DNA from: Bacilli bacterium
Lineage (GTDB): Bacteria > Bacillota_I > Bacilli_A > RF39 > UBA660
Length of the DNA stretch: 61,956 nt
NCBI GenBank assembly: GCA_017887425.1
Contig: JAGHHZ010000029.1
Location: forward strand, 1-61,956
Direction of reading: 5' to 3'
Of this stretch, positions 20,355 to 29,885 are shown in pieces. Each line of letters opens with the position of its first letter. The stretch's first letter is position 1. The position numbers and the translations under genes are program-made. A model generated the notes under the pieces. That model was not told where the DNA came from, did not search any database, and saw nothing but the letters and a program-made list of their open reading frames with translations.

Positions 20355-21581
20355 TTAAACGCCTATTTTTTGTGTCCAATCTTTTCCTTCAATAATTCTT
20401 GTTACCATCATTGAACTAGAAGTATCTCCCACTACATTTAAACAAGTTGCTGGTGGATCAATTAACCAACCGATAGTAGCAATAATTGGAAAAGCTTCTA
20501 AAGGGAAACCATATAACGATACGATTAACATTTCCCCGATTAAACCACCACCAGGAATACCCGACATAACAACAGCTGACAAAACGGCTATTAATATAGC
20601 AATTAAATAAGTGTCTAGTCCAGTAAAAGACATATTAAAAATTCCAAATAAGAAAGCTATTTTTAATATTGCTCCCATACTAGACCCTTCCATATGCATA
20701 GTAGCACCAATTGGTAAAGTTACTTCTCTTATATCTTTAGGAACTCCAATATCACGAGCAGTCTCTAAATTAGTTGGAAGAGACGCCAATGAAGATTGAG
20801 TTGCTAAAGATGTTGCTGTTACTGGTAATATATTTTTATAAAACAACTTAATTCCTTTTTTCTTATCAGATAAATAACTATATAATGTATAAAATATAAC
20901 GAAATATACTACACACATTACATAATATAAAATCATACTTCTAGCATAACTACCGATTAATTGTGGCCCGAATTCACCAATTAAAGAAGCAAAATAAGCA
21001 CATAATCCAATTGGGGCATAATACATTATAATTTTAACTATTTTCATCATTACTTCCGATATTGCTTCTAAACTTCTTGCCACATTTTTGGCTTTATCGC
21101 CAACTAATGCAATACCAATTCCAAAAAGAATCGAAAATATAATTAAAGGTAACATATGTTCTCGCGATAAAATTTCAGTAAAATCAGTAACAGTAATAGC
21201 CGAAACAATTTGTTCTCCAATACTGATACTAGTTTGTTCTCCAGCCTCTAAAACAATATTGGCATCGCCAACCGGATCAATTAATTTTATCGCCACTAAC
21301 ATTAAAACTGCCGCAACCGCACTTGTCACAATAAATATTAAAAAGACATATTTTAAAATTTTACCTAATCTTTTTAAATTAACCATATTAGCTATACTGC
21401 TTGATATTGTAAAAAAGACTAATGGTACAACGATTGTATACATTAAATTTAAGAAAACACTACCAAATGGTTTTAAAATAACCGCATCCTCTTTTAAGAA
21501 AACTCCTAATACACAACCAATAATAATGGCACATAATAGGATAATTGGAAATCGATAATTTTTCCAAAAACTACTTTTCAT
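20355..21581 (-). CDS. Dicarboxylate/amino acid:cation symporter (DAACS)
   Basis: TQSSLASLP, LPIGATMHMEG, GIPGGG, TCLNVVGD. Confidence 0.9.
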   Translation of the reverse strand: MKSSFWKNYRFPIILLCAIIIGCVLGVFLKEDAVILKPFGSVFLNLMYTIVVPLVFFTISSSIANMVNLKRLGKILKYVFLIFIVTSAVAAVLMLVAIKLIDPVGDANIVLEAGEQTSISIGEQIVSAITVTDFTEILSREHMLPLIIFSILFGIGIALVGDKAKNVARSLEAISEVMMKIVKIIMYYAPIGLCAYFASLIGEFGPQLIGSYARSMILYYVMCVVYFVIFYTLYSYLSDKKKGIKLFYKNILPVTATSLATQSSLASLPTNLETARDIGVPKDIREVTLPIGATMHMEGSSMGAILKIAFLFGIFNMSFTGLDTYLIAILIAVLSAVVMSGIPGGGLIGEMLIVSLYGFPLEAFPIIATIGWLIDPPATCLNVVGDTSSSMMVTRIIEGKDWTQKIGV

Positions 21582-21656
21582 TTTAACCTCCCATTAAATT
21601 ATATTTTTTTAATATATAAATATTTCCTAAAACATATAATATAACGAGGTGAATTT

Positions 21657-22253
21657 ATGTATATAGGTATAATTGGAAGAAAAAATGATGATAAAATAAC
21701 TTTTAACAAAGAAATAATCGATGTAATTAAAAAATATGACTTTATACCTTTAGGAATAATCGTTGATTTTGAAAATAATAGTGGTAACGAATTTATAAAG
21801 ACCAAACCATTAATCGATTTATGTAGTGGTATTATATTACAAGGAGGATCTGACTATTATGATATCGATATAATTATAACTAAATATTTGCATAAAAATA
21901 ATATTCCTACTTTAGGAATATGTTTAGGTATGCAAACAATGGCAATGGCATTTAATGGAAATATGGGCGATATCAATAATCATAAAAGTGATAAATTATA
22001 TGTTCATAGTGTCGATATAAATAAAGATTCAAAATTATATGATATTTTAAAAAAAGATAAAATAATAGTTAATAGTCGTCATAAATCTTATATTATAAAT
22101 ACTGATTTAAAAGTAAGCGGTCAAGCAAATATTATTGAAGCTATTGAAGATAATGCTAAAGATTTCTTTATCGGTGTACAATGGCATCCTGAAACTTTAA
22201 TGGATGAAAACAGCATTTTGCTTTTTAATAACTTCTTTTCGAGTATAAAATGA
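21657..22253 (+). CDS. Class I glutamine amidotransferase-like, peptidase C26 (PuuD-like)
   Basis: LGICLGMQ, VNSRH, GVQWHPE (Cys-His-Glu triad). Confidence 0.88.
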   Translation: MYIGIIGRKNDDKITFNKEIIDVIKKYDFIPLGIIVDFENNSGNEFIKTKPLIDLCSGIILQGGSDYYDIDIIITKYLHKNNIPTLGICLGMQTMAMAFNGNMGDINNHKSDKLYVHSVDINKDSKLYDILKKDKIIVNSRHKSYIINTDLKVSGQANIIEAIEDNAKDFFIGVQWHPETLMDENSILLFNNFFSSIK

Positions 22254-22283
22254 CAAAAAAATTAAAAAATTTAACAAAAGTAC

Positions 22284-22312
22284 TTGTCAAAAGCTAAAAA
22301 ATAAGGTATACT
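22284..22312 (+). promoter_or_regulatory. sigmaA promoter of tRNA operon
   Basis: TTGTCA-17-TATACT with an A-rich upstream region. Confidence 0.65.
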
Positions 22313-22331
22313 TAAAGAGCATTTTAATTTT

Positions 22332-22408
<77 letters not shown>

Positions 22409-22412
22409 TTAC

Positions 22413-22489
22413 GCCTTAATAGCTCAGTCGGTTAGAGCACTTGACTGTTAATCAAGGGGTCGTAGGTTCGAGTCCTACTTGAGGCGCCA
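22413..22489 (+). tRNA. tRNA-Asn(GTT)
   Basis: Cloverleaf GCCTTAA..TTGAGGC-GCCA, anticodon loop CTGTTAA. Confidence 0.95.
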
Positions 22490-22490
22490 T

Positions 22491-22567
22491 GGCCAGTTGG
22501 TGAAGTGGCTTAACACACTGCCCTTTCACGGCAGCATTCACGGGTTCGAATCCCGTACTGGTCACCA
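22491..22567 (+). tRNA. tRNA-Glu(TTC)
   Basis: Cloverleaf GGCCAGT..ACTGGTC-ACCA, anticodon stem CTGCC/GGCAG with loop CTTTCAC. Confidence 0.95.
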
Positions 22568-22580
22568 AAGAGTATGTGTG

Positions 22581-22605
22581 AAAGAACTAATTTAGTTCTT
22601 TTTTT
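22581..22605 (+). terminator. Terminator of tRNA operon
   Basis: AAAGAACTA-loop-TAGTTCTTT followed by a T run. Confidence 0.7.
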
Positions 22606-22637
22606 ATTTTATTAGAAAAAAAATAACGAATCAATCG

Positions 22638-23825
22638 TTATTTTAATTTTCCTTTAACTCCTTTACTACCACTAAAATTACTTAATATATTAGTGTCAAA
22701 AGAATATGTCTTTTGATGTTTTTGTTTATATTGCTTAATCGCTAAAGTAATCATCTCATCTAATAATTGCTCATAAGGCTTATCTGTAGCTTCCCAAAGA
22801 TAAAATGATAAACTACCAGGTATTGTATTTGGTTCATTAATATAAATTTTGTTACTTTTACCATCGATTAAAAAGTCAATACGACACACACCACTTAAGT
22901 TAAGTGCTCTAAACACATCTTTAGCTATCTCTTTTACTTTATTAGTTGTTTTTTCATCTAATCTAGCTGGAATTACACGATTAGTACTAGCCATTCCTTT
23001 AGAACCTTTAGTAGCAACTTTAGACTTACCACCACCTAAATATTTATCTTGATAAGTTAAAAATTCAGCTGTGCTCATAACTTCTTCTAAAGTACTGGCT
23101 TGTTGATTTTGATAATTACCTAACACACTACAATTAACTTCGATTAAATTTTCAACTGCTTTTTCAACAATTATCTTAGTATCATAATTAATAGCCTCTT
23201 CAATCGCATTTTCTAGTCCCTCAATATTTTTAACATAGGTAATTCCAACACTACTTCCTAAAGATGCTGGCTTAACAATAAGTGGGAAACCTAACTTTTT
23301 ACATTTTTTAATAATCTCATCTCGATCTTGATAATATTCGTTATCAAAAAACCAGACATAAGGAACAATCGGTAATTCAAGACTTGCAAATATTTGTTTC
23401 ATGACGACCTTATCTTGACCTAAACTAGATCCTAAAACTCCACTACCAATATAAGGGACACCAACCATCTCTAAATATCCTTGAATTGTTCCATCTTCCA
23501 TGTTATTGCCATGAACTACTGGTAAAACTATATCAAGATCAGCGATAATTGTTCTAAATAAACCTAATGATTGTAATCTAAATGCCCCATTTCTATTATA
23601 CAAAATAACTTTTTTAGCATATCTTTTTAAAGTATCAAAATCACGATACATATCAATATCAGAAAGCATTTTACCTGTATACCAAGTTCTATCTTTTGAA
23701 ATATAAATTGGATAGATTTCATATTTTTCTTTATTTAAATGATTCATTGCCTGAACAGCTGAAATAATACTAACCTCATGTTCAACTGTTGTACCTCCAA
23801 AAATAACTCCAACTTTTATTTTCAT
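22638..23825 (-). CDS. ddl: D-alanine--D-alanine ligase
   Basis: VIFGG..EHEVS, HGNNMEDGTIQG, VKPASLGSSVGI, RIDF, NEPNTIPG. Confidence 0.92.
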   Translation of the reverse strand: MKIKVGVIFGGTTVEHEVSIISAVQAMNHLNKEKYEIYPIYISKDRTWYTGKMLSDIDMYRDFDTLKRYAKKVILYNRNGAFRLQSLGLFRTIIADLDIVLPVVHGNNMEDGTIQGYLEMVGVPYIGSGVLGSSLGQDKVVMKQIFASLELPIVPYVWFFDNEYYQDRDEIIKKCKKLGFPLIVKPASLGSSVGITYVKNIEGLENAIEEAINYDTKIIVEKAVENLIEVNCSVLGNYQNQQASTLEEVMSTAEFLTYQDKYLGGGKSKVATKGSKGMASTNRVIPARLDEKTTNKVKEIAKDVFRALNLSGVCRIDFLIDGKSNKIYINEPNTIPGSLSFYLWEATDKPYEQLLDEMITLAIKQYKQKHQKTYSFDTNILSNFSGSKGVKGKLK

Positions 23826-24559
23826 TACTTACCATCTCCTATAAAACTTTTTAAAACTCTAATTGTTTGATCGAATCTTTCTAAATAAGCATAATGACTG
23901 CATCCATCATAAGTTACTAACCCACAGTTATCAATTAGTTTTTCCAATTCATAAGCATCGTTAATACTAACTGCTTTATCTAAAGTTCCCCAAATTAATA
24001 ATGTCGGACACTTTATTTTATTTAGCTTATCTGATATATCATAATTAACATGTTCAACCATTATTTTGCGCATCATATCGCTAGCATTTTTATAATCAGT
24101 CGAACCAATATGTTTTTTAGCAAAGCCTTCTAATTTATTTAATCCAGGTATTTTTTTAGCTGTCTTAAGTATCTTAGTTTTTAAAGAAGGATTAGCTACA
24201 TATTTCTTATAAGGACTGGCTAAACATACTAATTTACAAACATCGTACTTAGTAGCATACAATAATCCTATTTTACCGCCAAAGGAATGACCAATAATAA
24301 CAGGATTACTAACACCTAAATTATCTAACATTTCCTTTAAAGCATCAGCATAATCATCGATTGTCCAAACTGTTTTTGGCTCAGGACTGTTTCCAAAGCC
24401 AGGTAAATCTAAAATTATAATCCGATTTGTTTCTTTAAAATGATTTCCAATTCCTTGCATCATTTGAATATTTTGACCCCATCCATGTAATAAAACAATA
24501 GCTTCAGAGTCTTCTTTTCCATAATCCAAATAATTGATATCGACATTTTTAACTATCAT
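23825..24559 (-). CDS. Alpha/beta hydrolase
   Basis: LLHGWG, DLPGFG, GHSFGG nucleophile elbow, C-terminal His. Start set at ATG 24559 after AAGGTGA. Coupled to ddl. Confidence 0.88.
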   Translation of the reverse strand: MIVKNVDINYLDYGKEDSEAIVLLHGWGQNIQMMQGIGNHFKETNRIIILDLPGFGNSPEPKTVWTIDDYADALKEMLDNLGVSNPVIIGHSFGGKIGLLYATKYDVCKLVCLASPYKKYVANPSLKTKILKTAKKIPGLNKLEGFAKKHIGSTDYKNASDMMRKIMVEHVNYDISDKLNKIKCPTLLIWGTLDKAVSINDAYELEKLIDNCGLVTYDGCSHYAYLERFDQTIRVLKSFIGDGK

Positions 24560-24608
24560 TTTCTCACCTTTTATAATTATACCATTTTTTTCTATAATAT
24601 TAAAGACT

Positions 24609-25034
24609 TCAACTGTCAATTATGTCAAATGTCATATTTTCTATTTTTAAATTTCTAATAGTACTTTCACTACTGTATACTTTCATTTTTTTAATTTTAA
24701 TGCCACTAATTTTCAAATTTAAAGCATTACTTCGATATCCTTTTTTAATAAGTAAATTTACGAATTCTTGTTTAAAATCATTAATATTTTTAAACTGATA
24801 TCTTGTTTTCACTTGTTTATATAAAGGATTGATATATGGCTCAATCCAAATAACATCAATATTTTTAAAATAATCATCAAAATTATTAGTTGAAATATTT
24901 TGACCTTTAAATTCTAGAATATAAAAACTATAATCATTATTTACTGCATTAAAAGTTGGAATTATTTCTTTTTCAAGATTAATATTTAAAAAAATAAAAA
25001 AACAAATAGTAAAAGTTAAAATAATTTTTTTCAT
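24609..25034 (-). CDS. Hypothetical secreted or membrane-anchored protein
   Basis: N-terminal hydrophobic segment, GGTGA RBS, no recognised domain. Confidence 0.6.
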   Translation of the reverse strand: MKKIILTFTICFFIFLNINLEKEIIPTFNAVNNDYSFYILEFKGQNISTNNFDDYFKNIDVIWIEPYINPLYKQVKTRYQFKNINDFKQEFVNLLIKKGYRSNALNLKISGIKIKKMKVYSSESTIRNLKIENMTFDIIDS

Positions 25035-25073
25035 AAACTTTCACCATTTGTATTTTAAACATTTTTTATAAAA

Positions 25074-26303
25074 TTATTTCTTTATTTCATCAATTCCCAC
25101 ACTTCTTTTATGTTTGATTGGTTCCCAAGTTAAATCTTTTTTAAATAAACAGATAAAGTTAATTGGAATCCATGTCAACATGAAAAGAGTAAATAATAAA
25201 ATCCCAGACATAATTTCTTTAACACTTTTCTTATTATAGACAACTACAAAGATATTAATAGCTACATTAGCTATATATGCAGCTAAGAAAAATAAAATAC
25301 CGTATGAATACATATAAGCAAAAACATCATATAATTGAATTCCTAAAATTCTAAATATAACTAAAACAATAGTTAAAAGAGTTGCTAGTATTTGCATATA
25401 TGGCGCCATAAAAGATAACAACATATCTAAACAAGGCAAGAAACTTGTCTTAAGATAAGTTCTTCCTAATCTTCTACTATAGTGCCTAAAACATTGAATA
25501 TTCCCCATTGACCATCTTTTTCTTTGTTTCCAAGAAGCCTTAAATTCAGTTGGCTGTTCATCATAAGTAATAGCATCTTCGACAAAGACAATTTTAATAC
25601 CATTTAAAGCACATTGTGCAGTAAACTCAACATCTTCAGTTAAAGTAACTGTATTAAAGCCATACTCATCGATAATCTCTTTTTTTACCATAAAACCAGT
25701 ACCATTGATACTTGATGAACCACCCATTTGCATACGAGCTTTACTAAAGAAAAAATTTTGAATCCAATAAAAAATAGAATAACTACCACTAATCCAGTTA
25801 TCACTAGGATTCTTACTATCTCTAAATCCTTGTGCTACTTTATGACCATCACATAAAGCATCATTCATACGAGCTAAAAACTCTGGATGAACAACATTAT
25901 CAGCATCAAAAATGATATAAGCATCAATATCTTTATGTTTAGACAATTTATCAAAAGTAAATTTTAAAACTTCTCCTTTTGATTTAGTTGGAACTGTACA
26001 TTTTATTATTTTAGCCCCAGCTTCTTTAGCTACTTTTTCAGTGTCATCAGTACAGTTATTAGGTATTACATAAACATCATATAAATCTTTTGGATAGTCC
26101 TGTAACAATAAACTTTTAACTAAATGTCCGATAACCCCTTCTTCATTTCTCGATGCAATTAATACTGCAAACTTATGCTTTGGATCATGTTTTTTTATAA
26201 TTTTTTTATGAATATTTTTAAATCCAAAAAAACCGGTAATTAAAAAATATAACCCGTAAGTCAAAGAAAAAATAAATAAAATATAATATATCGCTTGTAT
26301 CAC
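25074..26303 (-). CDS. Processive-type GT2 glycosyltransferase
   Basis: FDAD, LTED and QRKRW (QxxRW) motifs with flanking TMs. Confidence 0.88.
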   Translation of the reverse strand: MIQAIYYILFIFSLTYGLYFLITGFFGFKNIHKKIIKKHDPKHKFAVLIASRNEEGVIGHLVKSLLLQDYPKDLYDVYVIPNNCTDDTEKVAKEAGAKIIKCTVPTKSKGEVLKFTFDKLSKHKDIDAYIIFDADNVVHPEFLARMNDALCDGHKVAQGFRDSKNPSDNWISGSYSIFYWIQNFFFSKARMQMGGSSSINGTGFMVKKEIIDEYGFNTVTLTEDVEFTAQCALNGIKIVFVEDAITYDEQPTEFKASWKQRKRWSMGNIQCFRHYSRRLGRTYLKTSFLPCLDMLLSFMAPYMQILATLLTIVLVIFRILGIQLYDVFAYMYSYGILFFLAAYIANVAINIFVVVYNKKSVKEIMSGILLFTLFMLTWIPINFICLFKKDLTWEPIKHKRSVGIDEIKK

Positions 26304-26364
26304 TAAAATTCACTCCTAATTCAAATTCGAGTATATTATACCATATTTTTATAAAATAACAAAA

Positions 26365-26802
26365 CTATAAAAATTTTTTTAATTCTGCAATTGATTCTTG
26401 TTGAAACTTTAAAAATGCTTCTGCTTGTTTTAGTGTTTTTTTATCTATATTCTCACTATATTTGCTTATTTTCTTTTCCATATCTAAAGTCCCCATAGTT
26501 AATCCTTTAATTAACATATCAGCAATTCTTGAATCACTATTATCGACAATAACTTCTTTTTTTATTCCGAAACTAGACCCCATTTTAGCCATCATTCCAC
26601 TACTTTTAGGATTTACTTTTTCTTTTTTTAATTGTTTTTTAAAATCTTTATAATAGTTTTCATAGTTTTTCAAAATATCCTCGATAACTTTAATTATTTT
26701 ATTATCTTTTCCTTTTAATTCATTAAGTAACGTTTCTAAAGAATATGTTGCCATTTCACTATCTTGATACATGTGTTCTAACACTTCATTATTTTCATTC
26801 AT
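26365..26802 (-). CDS. Hypothetical helical (ferritin-like?) protein, possibly sporulation-related
   Basis: GGAGA RBS before ATG 26802; helical pattern with SDSRIADMLIKGLTMG. Function is a guess. Confidence 0.55.
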   Translation of the reverse strand: MNENNEVLEHMYQDSEMATYSLETLLNELKGKDNKIIKVIEDILKNYENYYKDFKKQLKKEKVNPKSSGMMAKMGSSFGIKKEVIVDNSDSRIADMLIKGLTMGTLDMEKKISKYSENIDKKTLKQAEAFLKFQQESIAELKKFL

Positions 26803-26858
26803 TTTATCATCTCCTATTTTATATTGAACTAAAAATAAAATTTTATACAAAAAAAGAA

Positions 26859-27290
26859 TTAGTTTTCTTCTAATTCTTCATCAGTTAAAATAGCTAAATC
26901 ATCTAATTCTTCATCATTATCATCTAACTCTTCATCGTCAATAGCTGAATCAATATCTTCCTCATATTCATCAGTTACTTCTTCTTCATCTTCTTCTTCG
27001 ATTTCCTCTTCCTCATCTTCATCATCGTCTAAAACAATTGCGACTGGTGTTTTTTCTCTTAAGTCCCATTCGTTGTTATCAAGAAAAACAAATCTTTTAT
27101 CAGTTGATAAAGATGTATAATAATCCCCTATTTTATCAGTATATTCTTCATCAGTATATCCCAATAAGTCACAAATTTTGCGGAAAATAACTGGTGTTGT
27201 AAACGTTTTATTTTCTTCCTTTAAAATCAACTCTGTTAAATCAGCATAAGATAATATTTCTAATTCTTCTAATTTCATATTTTTTAACAT
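26859..27290 (-). CDS. rpoE: RNA polymerase delta subunit
   Basis: YYTSLSTDKRFV..WDLR followed by a long acidic tail; GGAGG RBS. Confidence 0.9.
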   Translation of the reverse strand: MLKNMKLEELEILSYADLTELILKEENKTFTTPVIFRKICDLLGYTDEEYTDKIGDYYTSLSTDKRFVFLDNNEWDLREKTPVAIVLDDDEDEEEEIEEEDEEEVTDEYEEDIDSAIDDEELDDNDEELDDLAILTDEELEEN

Positions 27291-27399
27291 TCTGATTACC
27301 TCCTTGCATAAATATATCAGTCCCATTTTAACATATTTTAAAAATGTGTCAAGACTATTTTTATAATATGTTGCAACTTATTAAAAATATACTATTATT

Positions 27400-27771
27400 T
27401 TACATTTCTAATTTAAAAACAACATCTTGTTCAGTTGTTAAAACTTTATATTTAATTATAATGACATTTTCTTCTATAATGACATAATCAGTTAGTATTT
27501 TTAAATCGATAATAGCATTTTCTTTTTTTAATTTACACATACCTTTAGTCTCTTTATCTGGAATAAACTCCATGTCAAACAAATAATCTTCATTTTCCCT
27601 TTTTATTTTAACTACATCTTTCAAAAACAAAGATGTCTTAAATTCTTTTTCAAAATACTCTATTTTTTGTTTGTTTTTTAAAGCTACATATTTTTCTTCA
27701 CTTACTTCATCATTATTCTTAATAATAACTTTAATATCTACTTTACTCATACACATCTCTTTCTTTTCCAT
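27400..27771 (-). CDS. DUF1934 (YwiB-like) beta-barrel protein
   Basis: All-beta pattern, size, and position upstream of rpoE. Confidence 0.5.
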   Translation of the reverse strand: MEKKEMCMSKVDIKVIIKNNDEVSEEKYVALKNKQKIEYFEKEFKTSLFLKDVVKIKRENEDYLFDMEFIPDKETKGMCKLKKENAIIDLKILTDYVIIEENVIIIKYKVLTTEQDVVFKLEM

Positions 27772-27839
27772 GACATTATATCATAAAACTATCTAAAAAT
27801 CACTTATAATTTTCATATTTATTGCAATAATAAATATAG

Positions 27840-29798
27840 GTGAGAAATATGAAAAAAATATTAAAAAGACTAACTAAAATAACACTCTTCATAATTGTAA
27901 TCGGATTTATTTGTTATGGTGGTATTTATTTATATGCTTGGATGAGTCCGAAATTAACTGTCAATAGTGCGAAAAGTTACTATTTTTATGACAAAGACGA
28001 AAATCTAATTACAGGAACTGACGAATGGATAAGTTACGAAAATTTGGATGAAGATATTATTAATGCGACAATTGCTATCGAAGATAGACATTTCTTTACT
28101 CATCACGGTTTTGACTTTTTAAGAATTGCTAAAGCATTATATAATAACATTAGAAGTGGCTCTAAAAACGAAGGCGCCTCTACTATAACCCAACAATATG
28201 CAAAAAATATGTATTTAGATTTTGATAAAACTTGGAAAAGAAAAATTAACGAAGCTTGGTTAACAGTTCGTTTAGAAACGCATTATTCAAAAGAAGACAT
28301 AATTGAAGGTTATTTAAACACTATCAATTATGGTGGAATATTTGGAATTGAAAATGCTAGTAAATATTATTTTGGTAAAAGTGCTTCTGATTTGTCAGTT
28401 GGCGAAGCAGCCATGTTAGCAGGAATTCCTAATCGTCCTAGTGAATACTCTCCTTTTGTTAATTTTGAATCAGCTAAAAATAGGCAACTAGTTGTTCTAA
28501 AAGCAATGGAAAGAGATGGTTATATTACAGAAGAACAACTTAATACGGCCTACAACGAAGAACTAAAATTTGATAGCAAAGAAGAAAGCGACGAATTAGA
28601 TTCTATTATGTACTTTCAAGATGCTGTAATCGAGGAATTAAAATCAATCACTTCAATTCCTAATTCTTTAATTCAAACTGGTGGTTTAAAAATATACACT
28701 ACTTTAGACTTAAAAGCCCAAGAAGCAATTGAAACTTCTATCGATGAAAATATTACTAATGACATTCAGACTGCTGGCATTGTAATGGATCCCAATACAG
28801 GTGCAGTATTGGGTCTAGTTGGTGGCGTTGATTATAGTAAAAGTCAATATAATAGAGCTTTATCTAACAATAGAAGTGTTGGTTCAACTATCAAACCATT
28901 TCTATATTATGCCGCTTTAGAAAATAATTTTACTGCATCAACTACTTTTACTAGTGAAAAAACAACTTTTGTATTTTCAGAAGATCAAACATATAGTCCA
29001 ACTAATTATGGTGACCAATATCCTAACCAAGAAATATCTTTAGCCGCAGCTATTGCCTATTCTGATAATATCTATGCTGTTAAAACACATTTATTTTTAG
29101 GAAGTGATGTTTTAGTCGACACAATGAAAAGAGTTGGAATCACTACCAAATTAGATAGTATTCCCTCACTTGCTTTAGGTAGTCAACCAATTAGTCTTTT
29201 AGAAATGACTAACGCCTATGCTGTTTTAGCCAATGAAGGATATCGCGTAAAGCCTTATTTTATCAGTCGAGTAGAAGATATTAATGGCAATGTTTTATAT
29301 GAACATAAAGATACTAAAGAAGCTGTTTTAAATAAAAGTATTACTTATATTTTAAGTGAATTATTGGCTAATACTTCCAATGGCAACTTTATCGGTTATA
29401 CTTATCCAACATCTTATGTAATAGCTAATAAACTAACAAGAAAATACGCTATTAAAACGGGAACTACTGAATATGATCATCTAGTATTTGGATACAATAA
29501 AGATGTCGTAGTTGGTGTTTGGAGTGGCTATGATGATAACCGCGAATTAGAATATGGCGACACAACTGCTAATAAAAATTTATGGGCAGATATAATTGAA
29601 AAATATCTTGATGGTAAAGAAGATAACTGGTATTCTATGCCTAATAATGTGGTTGGTGTTTTAGTTGATCCAATAAGTGGTAAACTAGCTAATGAAGATA
29701 CTGAAAAAAGTGTTATTCAATATTATTTAAAAGGTACAGAACCATCTAATAATTATAATTTAGACGATGCTGTCCCTACTATTAAATATGAAGAATAA
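27840..29798 (+). CDS. Class A penicillin-binding protein (PBP1A family, PbpG-like)
   Basis: Transglycosylase motifs EDRHF..HHGFD, GASTITQQ, RKINE, YLN; transpeptidase motifs STIK, SDN, KTGT. Confidence 0.92.
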   Translation: MRNMKKILKRLTKITLFIIVIGFICYGGIYLYAWMSPKLTVNSAKSYYFYDKDENLITGTDEWISYENLDEDIINATIAIEDRHFFTHHGFDFLRIAKALYNNIRSGSKNEGASTITQQYAKNMYLDFDKTWKRKINEAWLTVRLETHYSKEDIIEGYLNTINYGGIFGIENASKYYFGKSASDLSVGEAAMLAGIPNRPSEYSPFVNFESAKNRQLVVLKAMERDGYITEEQLNTAYNEELKFDSKEESDELDSIMYFQDAVIEELKSITSIPNSLIQTGGLKIYTTLDLKAQEAIETSIDENITNDIQTAGIVMDPNTGAVLGLVGGVDYSKSQYNRALSNNRSVGSTIKPFLYYAALENNFTASTTFTSEKTTFVFSEDQTYSPTNYGDQYPNQEISLAAAIAYSDNIYAVKTHLFLGSDVLVDTMKRVGITTKLDSIPSLALGSQPISLLEMTNAYAVLANEGYRVKPYFISRVEDINGNVLYEHKDTKEAVLNKSITYILSELLANTSNGNFIGYTYPTSYVIANKLTRKYAIKTGTTEYDHLVFGYNKDVVVGVWSGYDDNRELEYGDTTANKNLWADIIEKYLDGKEDNWYSMPNNVVGVLVDPISGKLANEDTEKSVIQYYLKGTEPSNNYNLDDAVPTIKYEE

Positions 29799-29827
29799 GT
29801 GTAAAGCTTTACATTTATTCTTTTTTT
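29791..29827 (+). terminator. Intrinsic terminator overlapping the PBP stop
   Basis: AAGAATAAGTGTAAA-GC-TTTACATTTATTCTT followed by a T run. Confidence 0.7.
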
Positions 29828-29885
29828 CTTGATTATTTTTATTTTTTAATGATATAATGTTATTATAGAAAAGAGGATAGATATT

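Noticed and set aside
26859-27030. Low-complexity GAA/GAT-rich tract
   Set aside because: It is the normal acidic C-terminal tail of the RNA polymerase delta subunit.
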